A stretch of 64,000 nt of DNA from Octopus vulgaris (Eukaryota): NCBI GenBank assembly GCA_951406725.2, contig OX597820.1, forward strand, positions 75,330,001 to 75,394,000. Direction: 5' to 3'. Positions 25,046-39,870 of the stretch are shown here, one piece after another (positions within the stretch are counted from its first letter, which is position 1; the number at the start of each line of letters is the position of its first letter). Below the pieces are notes generated by a model that searched no databases, was not told the origin of the DNA, and saw only the letters and a list, made by a program, of their open reading frames with translations. The translations under genes and the position numbers were made by a program.

Positions 25046-25224
25046 AATGTAAAGTGAGAAGAATATCTATGGCATATTGTATAAAATGTAAGTGTATGAG
25101 GGAAAAGAGAGAGAGAGAAAGAGTGCGAGAGAGAAAAGGAGTGGGAAAAAGAGTGTTATAATTTAATTGGTGACTTTGTGAGCACACGTAGAAACGTCCA
25201 GAGAATCAACAGATTAACTCGAGC

Positions 25225-25640
25225 CAAAGCGTGGCTGTGTGGAAAGAAGCTTGCTTCCCAACCAAACAGTTTTGGGTTCAGTCCCACTGCAAGGCACATT
25301 GAACAAGTGCCTTCGACTATAGCTTCGGACTATAGCTTGTGAGCGAAATTTATAGACTGAGACTGAAAGAAGCCTTTCATACACACACATATACATGTAT
25401 ATCTGTATGTGTGTGTGTGTGTGCCTTTGTGACAATGTTTGTCTCTACCACCTCTTGACAACCGGTACTTCTGTGTTTACGTTCCCTTCCCGTATCATAG
25501 CTATTCAGCAAAGAATACGTATAGAATAAATACCAGCATTTAAGAAAAAATATAAGTACAAGAGTCGATTCGTTCGACTAGAAATTCTTCAAGGCTGTGC
25601 CCCAGCATGGCCGCAGTATAATCACTGAAACATGTAAATT
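25225..25640 (+). mobile_element. SINE family B
   Basis: Head gtggctgtgtgg...gggttcagtcccactgc through tail cccagcatggccgcag. Confidence 0.85.
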
Positions 25641-26170
25641 ATTAAAAAAAATATAGACACCAGTATGATTGCAAATAAGTATATACAATACTTCGACAGT
25701 GTTACTGTAATGAAAGCACTTTCTCGTTACCAGACTATTTATATCACCTTGTATATATCCTTCTTTTTTTTTTGCTCGTATGCAGCAGTTGCACTTAATG
25801 TGCGATTATGTTCTGTAGTGATGAAGTATATAATATTTTTGCCATTTTGACCTCGATGTCACATCAAAGCCTGCTAATTCTGTGTTCGATCTCTCATTTT
25901 AGCCAGCTACAAAGTCCATCGATTCGATTAGATGAAGGTTATCTATCTCAACAATCCGCTATAATTGTCAGATATTGATTTGTCCTTTGAAATGTATAGA
26001 ATGAAAAGAAATACTCAAACAAAACAACACAGGTTGAAAAATAATAGAAATAAATTCATATTTGAAAAAGTCGATAAGAATTCTCACTTGTCTCTCCACT
26101 TTATGAATTGATTTCTTATACACACACACATACGCACGCACATGTACAAACATATAAATACATATATAAT

Positions 26171-26221
<51 letters not shown>

Positions 26222-26637
26222 ATATATAAATATACATATATGCATTCATACATATATACACACACACACATATATATATATGCATATATATATATATGCA
26301 TACATACACACATATTTGTGTGTATGGGCGTATATATATATGTATGTATGTATGTATATGTATACGTATGCATTTAATAATTTATCTCAGTTTTCGATCG
26401 CCTAAATTACACTTACTCACCCTGCTGTTCGAAAATAAACTTATTGTTGAGAAAATGATTTATATTGCTATATGCTTCATTAAAATAGTTGTAGAAAGAT
26501 GATATGGTGAGAAAATGTGGAGATTAAAATTGCCACAACATACAACAGTGATGACGGTCCGTGTCAGCCGTGGCTGGGTATATTAATACTCGCAGTGCAG
26601 ACCTATTACACAATTTATCTGTCAATATTTCAAACTG

Positions 26638-27405
26638 TAAGGCGGCGAGCTGGCAGAAACGTTAGCACGCCTGGCGAAATACTTAGAGGTATTTCGTCTA
26701 CCGTTACGTCCTGAGTTCAAATTCCGCCAAGGTCGACTTTGCCTTTCATCCTTTCGGGGTCAATTAAATAAGTACCAGTTACGCACTGGGGTCGATATAA
26801 TCGACTTAATCTGTTTGTTTGCCCTTGTTTGTCATCTCTGTGTTTAGCTCCTTGTGGGTAGTAAAGAAATAGAAATAGGTATTTCGTCTGTTTTTACGTT
26901 CTGAGTTCAAATTCCACCAAGGTCGACTTTGCTTTCAACCTTTCAGAGTGGATAAATTAAGTACCAGTTTTATACTGGGAACTACATAATTGACTGGTCA
27001 CCTCCCCCAAAATTTCGGGCCTTGTTCTTGGAGTAGAAAAGAATATTTGAATCCTTTAAGGCGGCGAGCTGGCAGAATCGTTAGCACGCCGGGTGAAATG
27101 CTTATCAGTATTTCGTCTGCAGCTACGTTCTGAGTTCAAATTCCGCCGAGGTCGACTTTGCCTTTCATCATTTTGGGGTCGATTAAATAAGTACCAGTTA
27201 CGCACTGGGGTCGATAATCGACTTAATCCGTTTGTCTGTCCTTGTTTGTCCTCTCTGAGTTTAGCCCCTTGTGAGTAGTAAAGAAATAGAAATAGGTATT
27301 TCGTCTGTCTTTACGTTCTGAGTTCAAATTCAGCCGAGGTCGACTTTGCCATTCATCGTTTTGGAGTTGATAAATTAAGTACCAGTTGTGTACTGGCTCC
27401 CTCCC
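26638..27405 (+). mobile_element. Two tandem dimeric SINE family A copies
   Basis: Heads at 26638 and 27057; each repeats the ttacgttctgagttcaaattcc...aagtaccag module twice. Confidence 0.9.
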
Positions 27406-27414
27406 CATAACGTT

Positions 27415-27602
27415 CGCGCATAAACATCGCTCAGTTTGAGATTCGAACCTGCGATCCCTCGACCGCGAGTCCGCTGCTCTAACCACCAGGCCATGTGCCT
27501 CCACAAATGTTCCTTCTCGAGCCATGCCAGGCTCATATGGGTCGGCTTCCGGTTTCAGTGGCATAGTATTCATTTTTGCCATCTGAGTAGACTGGAGCAA
27601 CG
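27415..27602 (-). mobile_element. SINE D-type tail joined directly to a D-type head
   Basis: Minus strand ...ggcatggctcgagaaggaaca|tttgtggaggcacatggcctggtggttagagcagcggactcgcgg. Confidence 0.7.
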
Positions 27603-28598
27603 TCTCTATAATTACGTAGATATAATTTTCATGCTTATCGCATTTCATTTTATTAGACACATACTTGTAAATCTCATGCAATATTCTGCTCTTGACGCCA
27701 TCACTTTAGCTTATTATTTCCCCTTTATTTCTACGAACATTATTATTTATTATTGATATTTCTTTATCACTAATCCGAATTAGCCTTTGAAATTTTTACT
27801 TACCAAGCTAAATATTTTATTAATATAGATTTCTTTACCAATTTCACTGGTATATATTTCTGATTAATAGATATAATTTTAATTTCTCCTTGATCTATTT
27901 GTACTGATTTTAATAGATGTTGATAGATACTCCGTCGGTTTCGAGGATGAGCATTTTGTCATTCTCTGAACTTAATTAACAACTCGTTAATTAACGTATG
28001 CAAGGTGGGACATATTATTTCTCATGACTGCGAATTTAGAATTGCATATACTAGCAATTTTAAGTTGCACGATTTCACTCACAAAACTTCTGTCAAGACG
28101 TGACAATGCCAGAAGACATTTTCCAAGTTTCCACGTAGTAGGATCATACGCTCTTGATAATAAAAGCATTTTCTTAACCTCGCGATCACGTCTGCATTAG
28201 ATACAATACAATATGATACAATTTACGTTTTTGTCTGCATGTCGGTTTCTGTTTTTCTGTTTTTAATTGCAACAAATGTCTCACATCCATTGTTCTTTTG
28301 TAAAATAATTTTTCACAAAACTTGTGTTACGATTACACACACACATACACACACGCACAAACACACACACACATACGCACACGCACAAACACACACACAC
28401 ACACACACACACGCACGCACACACGTACACCCACGCATTCGAGCATGCTAATACATGCATATATTTCTGAAGCAATCTGAATTAGTTCAATGACAAAGGA
28501 ACAGCAAATTATGTAACTAAGTTCATTAGCTAACAGTTGTTTCTGCTATAAGTGGATGCGTTCTCAGAGTTGAGTGCTTTTGCATTATCTTACAGCTT

Positions 28599-28992
28599 TA
28601 AGGAGGCGAGCTGGCAGAAACGTTAGCACGCCACGCGAAATGCGTAGCCGTACCGCGTCTGCCGTTACGTTCTGAGTTTAAATTCCGCCGAGGTCGACTT
28701 TACCTTTCATCCAATCGGGGTTGATTAAATAATTACAAGTTACGCACTGGGGTCGATATAATCGACTTAATCCGTTTGTCTGTCTTTGTTTGTCCTCTCT
28801 GTGTTTAGCCCCTTGTGGGTAGTAAAGAAATAGGTATTTCATCTGTCTTTACGTTCTGAGTTCAAATTCCACTGAGGTCGATTTTCATCCTTTATGGGGT
28901 CAATAAATTAAGTACTAATTTCGTACTGGGATCGATCTAATCGACTTGCCCCCTCCGCCAAAATTTCAGGCCTTGTGCCGATTGTAGAAAAT
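28599..28992 (+). mobile_element. Dimeric SINE family A with 15-bp TSD
   Basis: attatcttacagctt at 28584-28598 and 28993-29007. Confidence 0.92.
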
Positions 28993-29266
28993 ATTATCTT
29001 ACAGCTTCTATAGTCTTTAAAATGAAAAGTATACTTAATTCGAAAAACATTTACATGTCTGCATAAATCTCTTCCTCTCTCACTTCTACTATTACTCTCT
29101 CTCTTCTTCTCTCTCTCTCTCTCTATCTCTCCTTACACAACTCATTCTTATTATATCACTTTCCTTTATCAGCGTGTGCCATTTTTGCCTTCATGATAGT
29201 AAGAGCCGAACTAGATTTATTGAAATTCATGTGATATCGGATGTTACCAGATAATATACTGATTTT

Positions 29267-29603
29267 GAGACCCCCTTCAGTCATGACTGACCGTGGGGTT
29301 ACACCTAGAAAGTTACCCTCCCAGGCACAAGTCTGTGCAAGGTTGTTTATAGAAGACCAGTAGTCGCACATGCATACCGGCCTCTCCTCTCCACGCCACC
29401 AGTGTTATCCGAGGGAAAGGCAAAGGCTAATACAGCTTGGCACCTGTGAGGTCGCAACTCATTTCTACAGCTGAGTGAACTGGAGCATCGTGAAATAAAG
29501 TGTCTTGCTCAAGAACACAACACGCAGCCCGGTCCGGGATTCAAACTCACAGCCTCACGATGGTAAGCTCGACGCTCTAACCACTGAGCCATGTGCCTTC
29601 ACA
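29267..29603 (-). mobile_element. SINE family E (tRNA head), full length
   Basis: gtgaaggcacatggctcagtggttagagcg...gtttgaatcccgg...tgtgttcttgagcaagacac...catgactgaagggggtctc. Confidence 0.85.
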
Positions 29604-29911
29604 ATATACTAATAGTATAGATAATATACATGCGTCATTCCTCCAATCTTAATAAAACTAATAATGTACTTAAGTGATTTTTAAATGATAGCAGCAGAAG
29701 AGACATTGTATGATATGATTGAGTTTCTTTTTAGATTCCATTGCGAAATATTACTGAAAGATTCCACGAGATAATATCTACGTATGACAACTGAACTGAG
29801 AATTCATTTAATTGCTGATTCATCCTCCTGAAAATTCAAGGCCAACGTTCCTCCCAACCAAATTCTTCTTCATTAGAAAAGAGAAAAAAGGAACAGATGC
29901 GTTAGATAATA

Positions 29912-30300
29912 CTCTTTTACTCATTTACTTGTTTCAGTCATTTGGCCGAGGCCACGCTGGAGCACCGCCTTTAGTCGAGCAAATCGACCCCAGGACTTAC
30001 TTTTTGTAAACCTAGCACTTATTCTATCGTTTTCTTTTGCCGCTAAGTTACGGGGATGTAACCACACCAGCATCGGTTGTCAAGCAATGTTGGGAGGAAA
30101 ACGCAGACACACAAAAACACACACACACACATACATACATACATACATATATATATATATATACATATATCCACTCACAAGGCTTTGGTCGGCCTGAGGC
30201 TATAGTAGAAGACTCTTGCCCAAGGTGCCACGCAGTGAAACTGAACTCGGAACCATGTGGCTAGTAACGAGACTACTTACCACACAGCCACTCCTACGCC
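29912..30300 (-). mobile_element. SINE family B
   Basis: Reverse copy with internal deletion. Confidence 0.88.
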
Positions 30301-30634
30301 TAATACACAACCTTAAAAAAGAACGAATGATCAACACTGGAATGTCTGCCTCCATAACCCTATTTGATAATTTCGATATAATCTAGAATATTATTTACCA
30401 TCAGTAGTGTTGTCAATCAAACCTGACATGAATAAAAATAGCTCTATCAGCCCGTTTTTGAATAAGAAACAAGAATACAGAAATAAATTGTCTGAGCGCT
30501 TTAAAGTTCCTGTGTTTTTTTTTTGTTTTTTTTTAGCAAATTTATTTCTGATTTCGTTAATCTGTCTCAACTGGTTCGGTTGTGATTTCTTTCAGCACTA
30601 TACCTATATGTTAACTTTTATCTTTTAGTTATTT

Positions 30635-30968
30635 CATCCTCTGGACTGCAGCCATGCTCGGGCATCGACTTTATTTTCATCAGTTTCATATTTATTCTAT
30701 CGGCTTCTTTTGCCGAACGCTAAGTTATAGGAAAGTAAAAAAAGCAACAACGGCTGTCGAGTGGTGCAGTGACAAATAGAGGCACAAAGGCACACACAAA
30801 AACGACGGGCTTCCACACAATTTCCGTCGACTAATTTCATTCAAAAGGTATTAGTCAGTACAATGCCATAGTAGAAGGCATTTGCCCGAGGTGCCGCGTA
30901 ACGGGGCTGAACCCAAGTCCACCTGATTGTAAAGCGAGTTTCTTAAACACACATCCATACCAGCACCT
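30635..30968 (-). mobile_element. SINE family B, old and diverged
   Basis: gactgcagccatgct...tttgccgaacgctaagtta...gcccgaggtgccgcg. Confidence 0.7.
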
Positions 30969-31851
30969 AAATATTTCATCGCATGTAGATCAGGACGTAA
31001 GGGATGGATTCAGAAATGCGTAAATATCACAGAACGATTAAAATCAACAATTAGGGCATGAACAAATAGTGAGAAACAGAGACAACAACAGCGAGATGAT
31101 GCTAAATTATCACCGGCAGCTAAGGGGAGATAAGAAGACGTAGAATAAACGAACCGTCGTCAACGAGAGACATATCTGAAGTTAACAAACGCAGCAAAAA
31201 TAACAGAAGTAATTAATAGATATAAACAATATGGGGGCAGCTCAATGAATTATGTTGTAATTCTATATCGAAAGGAAATAGCAGTGAATGAGGGTTGTGA
31301 AAACTTTTGTGTGTTTCCCAGATTGGAGAGTAATTTAATTACAAAGCTGTTTATTTTTCGAGCAGATTGGCTTATTAACAAACTTAGAACTTCTATTAAA
31401 TCGTTAATGTTCCGACTTTCATATCACAGCAGCTTTGTATACATATAAAACATACATACAAACATACATACATACATACATACATACATACATACATACA
31501 TACATACATACATACATACATACATACATGCATACATACATCTTAAAGATGGAGCCTTGTATCTTTGTTGGAAAACGGCTTCCTCTTCAGTGGAAGATTA
31601 TTAAAATAAATAACTTTCAACTGTAGTTAAAATGTTTCTTTTAAGCAAAGGGTAAATAAAAATTGGGAAATAATTCAGCTTTAGAGCATTAATACGAATG
31701 TTAAACCAAAAAGTACATAACCTCTATTATAAACTGATATAGACCGTTAAAATTGCACATGTTACTAGAATAATTCTATCTGTATACGAAGGTGTAACAA
31801 AATGTCCTTTGTATTACATGGGAAACATTTGGGGTGCCAGGTTGTATTTAT

Positions 31852-32438
31852 TACTAGCAGTATAACCCGACTTTACCTGGGATTAAGTTAAGATTATTAA
31901 GCTAATCAAGTTCTTTATTTCAAGCCAAACTAAGTAATATCGACGTCAAATTTGGCGAAATCCGTTGAAATTGGTCTATATATATACATATATGGGCAAC
32001 GCACACGCACACGCACACACATACACATATACACACGTACGTGCGTACACCTATTGCATACATGCTTTTGTATGCGTACATGCTCGTGTGTATGTGTGTT
32101 GTTCGTATAGCAACTAAACACTTTTTCCGTCGATGGAAATAAAAAAAACCACAAAAGTTTGAACAAAAACTTACTCGTTGCTACAAGGGGACTTAACTCC
32201 TGTTTGCAAACAATGGTGATTTCTCTGACTTGAAAAATTGTTAAAAGTTTTGAATGAAAAAATATTTTTACTGCTATTTGCTGGTGCCTCTGGTAAAAAA
32301 TAAGTTGACGAAAATACAGCTTATGTCATGACGAATGTCCTCCTAAAATTGCAGAGACATGCATGCTAATTTGAGGACGTGCATAAATTACATTCACGTA
32401 CACACACACACACATCCTGCCTTTTTTATATGCAGATA
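31852..32438 (+). mobile_element. Non-autonomous Helitron/Helentron-like element (Lep1/DINE-1-like architecture)
   Basis: Starts tactagcagtataacccgactttacctggg (subterminal hairpin); ends with (CA)n then tcctgccttttttatatgcagat. Confidence 0.5.
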
Positions 32439-33367
32439 AACATAGCATTCTCATACTGATCCAGCCGCCAGTTTTTCACAATGTGACTGACATTGATTTG
32501 AGATATCACATTGGTTCTACCAGCTTTAAACTGCTTGTTGGTAAAAGTTTGTAATTTATCAGGGATAAAAGCTGAACTTTCTTTCAATTGCATCACACAA
32601 ACAATCCCCTTCTTGGTGCTTTCCTACACTGGAATGTTTGAAAAAAATGTCTGAAGTGTCTTGTTATTGGTGCTGGATAATTTTGGTTTAATACAGAAGC
32701 AAGAACTGTTCCGGATTTTGCTTAGCCGTCCTGGCCTTTAATTAAACTCATTTGATTCATTCCAAATTTTCACTTGAGAATAATCTGAATATTTCTGGGA
32801 TAGAGCTTCTGACATTTATTGATTTAACACCCCACCACCAGCTCCACCACAACCACCACCACCACTATATACACTCATTCTCTCAAGGCTGCTGATTAGT
32901 TTCGATTAAATTTCTTGTTAATCATTTTACTTTCAGCTCCTTTACTCTCATGTCCAATGTTTTCACTGACAGCTTTCACTTGGTGTTTTGAAAATGATTT
33001 ATCTGTATTTAAATGTTCTCCTTTTGGTACCTCCAAACATTTTTTGCATTTTACGTTCTCTCTTTGTTGACGGAATGTATTTTATTTGTCTGTTTGTATC
33101 TGAAAATCAACGCCACGTGACTTGATACTTTTTCACAGATCGACGATCGTAAATGGAAAAGCGGATCAAAACCCTGAATGGAACACTTTTATAGTTTAAC
33201 CTTCCTGTAATTCTTCTCGATCTTCGGGGTGGCATTTTACAGTTTTACTGCTTTATTCCCAAATACAGGTCGTTTACATTGTTAGAAACATTCCCCGCTG
33301 ATTTCTTTAAACAGTGTTGGTGCAAAAATATTTTTTCTTTGGTATGTGTATGACAGATAGAAGGAGC

Positions 33368-33417
<50 letters not shown>

Positions 33418-33564
33418 TACATGTGTGTATATGTGTGGATATGTTTGTGTGTGTGTGTGTGTGTGTGCGTGTGTTTGTACGTGTGTGTGTGTGTATGTGT
33501 GTGTGTTTCCATTAGACTTTTTTTTCTCAAGGGGTATTTTGAAATGAAATAATCACTAGAGAGA

Positions 33565-34024
33565 CTTTATTAAGCTGGCTACCCGCATGGTTCATGGTCT
33601 CAAAAATTTGTCCTATGAAGAAAGGTTGAGGACGCTCGACCTTTATTCTCTAGAAATATGCCGCCGCCGTGGTGATCTCATTCTCGCCCACAACATCATA
33701 AGCGGAAAGTGTAACCTCTCGAAAGAGCTGTTCTTCACTCCTGCTCCAGAGCGTCGGCTGCGGGGTCATTCCGAAAAGCTCTACCTGCGACGATTTCATC
33801 TCAATCGAAGGAGAGGAGCTTTCTCCGTCCGGGTTGCGGATCCGTGGAACAAGCTGCCAGACGAGATGGTGAAGATGCCGACGACCGCTTTGTTCAAAGC
33901 CTCCCTTGACCTCAAGTGGCCTAAACTCTTTACATGAACACCACCCTGTACTTAACTCCGTGTCTCCCTACATGGCCTTGCTATTTGCTTTTGAGCCAAA
34001 TTAAATAACTAACTAACTAACTAA
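33565..34024 (+). mobile_element. 5'-truncated CR1-clade LINE
   Basis: LSYEERLRTLDLYSLE.RR.GDLI, LRGHSEKL, FSVRVADPWNKLP, FKASLD; (TAAC)n tail. Confidence 0.92.
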
Positions 34025-34292
34025 GAATATCCTTCAAACGTTTACACTCTTCGATTTGACAATCAGTGGAAAGTTTTACTTTCATTATGTTTTTGATAGA
34101 TTCTCTGACAATATGTCGGCAGCTGATATATGTAGGTTCCGGCGTGAGGGCCAGTAAGAATTTCAGTTCTAGGTTTGCCGTTGCGGACATGCTAGGTGCG
34201 GAATAAGTTGTACAGTTTTTGCATCTTTTGCAATAAAATTGCGCTCCCCTTTTTTCCGAAATAAAAGAAATTACCATCACAGGCGTGGCTAT

Positions 34293-34730
34293 AGGCGCAG
34301 CCGTAGTTCTGTAGTAAGTAGTTTGTTCCCCAACCACATTGTTCGGGTTTCAGTCCCACAGCGTGGGAACTTGGACAAGTGCTTTCTACTATATTCTCGG
34401 CCCGACCAAAGCCTCCTGAGATTTGATTAACAGAAACTGAAATAAGATTGTCGTATATATATATATGTGTATATATGTGTGTATATGTGTGTGTGTGTGT
34501 GTGTGCGTGCGTATATGTGTGTTTATGTTTGCGTTTGTCGCCTAACACCGCTTGAGCTTGAAAACCGGAGTTTGTGTGTTTACGTCCCCTCTGCTTCGCG
34601 GTTCTACAAAAAAGACTCATAGAAGTACCAAATTTAATAATAAATAATAGTAAAAGACCTGGTATCGATTTGTTCGACTGAATCCTTTCAAAGCGGAGCC
34701 TCAGCATGGCCGCAGTTAAATTACTGAAGG
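34293..34730 (+). mobile_element. SINE family B
   Basis: Head to tail cagcatggccgcagttaaattactgaa. Confidence 0.85.
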
Positions 34731-35335
34731 AATTATATAAAAAAAAAAAAGATAGTAGAGATTTCGGCAGCTTTTAATCAATGCAGCTTCTTGACGTAAT
34801 TGTTTCCTTATTAAATTATATAGATTCGGATGAAGTTAATCTGCTTGTGATTTAATGGATTTCAATTCGAAAACTGACGTATCATATTTGGATATTTAAT
34901 AACAATTAAATACCTTATTATTCAGTTCAGAACACAATTTAAACACTTCAAGCTTACAATTCTTTCTATAACTGCAAATATTTGTTTACCATTCGCCCTG
35001 ATTAGTATGCGAAAATTTTCGGTAGATTTGTATACGTTTTTAGGCATATTACGTTAGTAGTCATTCGGTAGTGCTGGCGTCATTTCCAGCCATGTTGTAT
35101 GTAGTTGATTCCAGCAAGACAGATTTAAGTTTGTGATAGATATCGCCTCTATTTTGTCTAAATGGTTGCTATAGTGAATGCTATAGATATTCATTTCGTA
35201 TTTGAAAAGGAATGTAATTCTGGTATTAATGTTGTGGAATGCCTTCATATGATATCTACCTTCCGACATTTAGTATCGCGTTTACATGATGCGCACAAAC
35301 GCATGCGCACGAACACACACACACAAAGATGCATA

Positions 35336-35441
<106 letters not shown>

Positions 35442-35443
35442 AA

Positions 35444-35503
<60 letters not shown>

Positions 35504-35614
35504 TTGTGTGTGTGCGTGTTTTTGTATACATATACACGTTAGACAAGTCTATTTACACTGAATATCAAATATATTTAATAGGAAAAATGTACAAGAGTAT
35601 CGATATAAAATAGC

Positions 35615-35755
35615 CCGAGGCGTTCGGCAAAAGCGATCGATAGAATAAGTACTAGGCTTACAAAGAATAAGTCTTGGTATTGATTTGTTCAACAAAAGTC
35701 GGAGCTCCAGCATGGTCGCAGTCACATGACTGAAGTAGGCAAAAGAATAAAAGAA
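35615..35755 (+). mobile_element. SINE family B tail
   Basis: gttcggcaaaagcgatcgatagaataagtactaggcttacaaag. Confidence 0.8.
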
Positions 35756-38192
35756 TATACACATATTTATACATAGAGAGAGATGGGCCCATAAATATAT
35801 GCATATAGTACATGTATATCAGCGTAAATACACACACTTATATATATATATATACATGTATATATGTATATATGTATGTGCATAGATATGCATATTTAAA
35901 TGCATTATTTATCTATCCATGCATCTACATGCAGAGGAACATCCCCGTTCATATGTAAGTATGCATAACATATATAAATGTATATGTATACATATTTGTG
36001 TGTGTGTGTGTGTGTGTGTATGTGTGTGTGTGTGTGTGTGCGTGTCTGTGCATGTGTATGTATGAGTAGGCATGCTTGCATGCGCAAGTGTAGTTTTGTG
36101 AGTTCGTGCCTGTCATTGAGTATGTGTCTACGTGCTTGTACCTTCGAAATGAGATTGGATACAGAGAGAAATGGCTGGAATTTGACAAGCAAGAGGTAAG
36201 CAGAAGAGCAGTGAGACATACCGAAGAACAGTAAGGTGTCCAGAGATTTGCTGCAGGTTTATGTATTGTGGCTTATCAAGAAGTTTAATCAGGAGAAGCC
36301 CTGTTCTGTGCTCACTTGTACATGTGATCGATCTGATCCTTCGGGATGTTGATGCAAAATCAATCGCGAGTTACAGATTGAAAACTTCAGGCTTTTATAT
36401 TCCAAATGTTAATATCTGACATGTATAAAGACGCACATACATGCATGTCTACATGCAACTCCGACACGCTAGGCTGCACTCACACAGACGAAATGCATGG
36501 TTTTATTTATCTTTCTTATCTGAATGTCTGCTTATATGTTAATATAGTACAATATATGATATATATATATATATATGTACAAACACACACATATATATAT
36601 ATATACAAACAGAGACACACACATACCTACATATATCTATATATATATATCTATCTATTTATCTATGTATCTATGTATCTATGTAGATACATAGGTAGGT
36701 AGGTAGGTAGGTAGGTAGGTAGGTAGGTAGGTAGGTGGGTAGATTGATAGATAGATATGTTGATATACATACATACATACATACATACATACATACAAAT
36801 ATATATATATATATATACACAATCTTATCTTCTGCTCAGAATTTTATCCTTATAGTGTTTTATTATTTGCGTGTTTTTTTTATATATTTTTTGATCATAT
36901 ATATATATATACCACGTAATTTTATGATGACGATATATATATTCTTACCTGATTTTTATACACAAAATATTTACTGGCAATAATACAAATAAGTATGTCT
37001 GTAATTGTATTTGTCGCATACGCATGTGTGAATTTTCCTCAGCATATGTGCATGTTTGCTTGTCTGTTTCTCGTTTATTTATCAAATCCCTTGAACCTTG
37101 CACCGGTCTAATTTTGCTGTATCTCGATAATGAGGATATTGCCATAACAGCATATCAATTCTGATATTGTATTTATTGACTAATGGAACAATTCATGCGA
37201 TAACTTCTAAATGAAACTAATTTCTTTTGATCAATCTGCTCCTGACATCTTCTGTGACATTTCAAAGGTAGCCGACCGACTTGCATACTAGCAATTTGGC
37301 TAGAAGCAATTCTTTACATTAAAACGGCATGCTGTCACTGCTCGGCATCTTACAGACATGTCATTTAATAGCTTATTATTACACAACTGTCTTTCCTATT
37401 TCCTTTTGAACTTATTTTAAATACATTTGAAAATAAATCAGTAAAGGCAAGCAAGATCAGCGTAGGCGACAATTCTTCGGAAATGGTCAACCATGAATCA
37501 CCGTTGAATTTCACCTTATGTACAGCAATATTTGATCCCTTAAATCATCACCTCTACATTCACGGCTATTTGCTCCTTAAATCATCGCGACGATAGCTTT
37601 ATAGCCCCAGATGTTATAGCCAATATAATGTAACTAACCAATACATTTCGTTGAGTACGCTGCCTTTTCAATTCCAAATCGCCTCTATCCGCCTGTTCAA
37701 TTATCTAGTTGTCTTGCTGTCTTTCTTACGCTCAGCACTGGAAACAGCTTGACATTATTTCAGTTAATGGAGCATACAGCAATGAAGACAGAAGGTTCGA
37801 ACTAGGACAGTAGAATAAAGTAGGCACCAGAACCTTCTCAAATTAATTGTCGTGTCCCAATGCCCAATGCCATATTCATTAATACACTATGTTGATCAAT
37901 CTAATACAAGTGAACGCATGTATGTCCTAGGATTAGTTCAGTAAATCTCGGTACATAATGCAATTTGTTACAATTTAAGCAAGGATTCTCGATTGGAACT
38001 TTGTTAGTATGTTATGCGTTGTAGAAGGAAGTGTAGTTGAAATATAATAAATTTTACTAATGAGAAACCGTAAATTATCCTTAATTAAAAATTTAGCTTC
38101 GGTTGCCGCCCTCAAGTATGAAGGTATACACTTTTCTTGTGAAATAACGGAATTAGTGAAAAAGATCAAAACCGAGGAGAAATGGAGAAAGA

Positions 38193-38251
<59 letters not shown>

Positions 38252-38444
38252 GTGGGGAGAGCACGAGTAGTAGAAGAAATCAATTGATCTCTGTTCAAAA
38301 ATAAAAAAAAATAATAAATCTCACGATAAATGAACCACATACGGATAGTCGGTTCCAGATATTGACTAAATGAAATTAAAAGAGAGAAGGAAAGAGTTAA
38401 ATATATAAAAGAATAGAGGAAGAAGAAGATAATAAAAAGAAACA

Positions 38445-38720
<276 letters not shown>

Positions 38721-39489
38721 TTCACGACGACTATGATGATACTTTTGGAGGAGGAACAGAAGAAATAAAAAGAGAGGTGTTCAGCTGTGAGTAAATATAG
38801 AATACGCAAACAAACGTGAAAACAGCAACGAAATAAAGAAAGAAACGGGAACCTGATATTTATTACTCTCATATATTCTTCACCAAAGGTTCTTTCTCTT
38901 ATACACTCTTCAAGAGTGAATGCTGCCCGTTTCAAACCGGCCGTCACAGTTGCGATTCAGTGGTTGTGTGTGTTCATTCGATAATTTTCCCATTTATTTC
39001 CTTCACCTCTTTTATTAATTCATCCTGTTCAATATCTCCGAGTTTGAACGTCGTCAAAAATAATGCTTTGTATCGTCTTACGCTTTTCAGCTTCACACTG
39101 ACTCACTTGGTAACTACGACCGACCAACATTCAATCTTTTCGTTCCCATCATTTTTCTTTCATCTATATCCTGTGAGACAGTCTATGTTCCGCTTGTCAT
39201 GATTTCAGTGGTTTCATTACAAGCCAATTAAATAATAATTTACTTAATGTTATACTCGATATCATCCTTAAAATCATGTCTCCCAAACTTGTGTGAATTA
39301 TGTTCTATCACATAGCGTCCGACCTTATTTAGTAACTACAAAAATACTAGACTTTAGCACAAGATTTTATGTTGTATGATTAATGTCGTTCAACGTCATT
39401 CGAACATCACAAAATATCTTCCATCATTCACTTAGGGGGCATTTTTATTTTAAACACCTTCCCAACTTTGAACCGTTTTATCATTTATC

Positions 39490-39870
39490 TCATACTTGTT
39501 TCAGTCTGGTGGAAATGCGACCATGCTGGATTACTATATTGAAGAATATTTAGTCGAATGAATCAACTCCTGTATATATTTTTAAAAGCCTACTTCTTAT
39601 TATATCAGTCTTTTACCGAACCACTAAGTGACAGAACGTATTCACTCCAACACCTGTTACCAAGCAGTCTGGGGGTCAAAACACAGACACAAACACACAC
39701 ATGTAGATATATATACGACGGGTTTCTTTCAGTTTCCGCCTGCCAAATCCATTCACAAGGCTTTGAGACTATAGCAGAAGACATTTGCACAAGGCGCCAT
39801 GCAATGACACTGAGGCCGGAGCCATGTGGTTGAGCAATAAGCTTCTTACCCCATAGCCACACCTGCACCT
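39490..39870 (-). mobile_element. SINE family B
   Basis: Reverse diverged copy. Confidence 0.8.
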
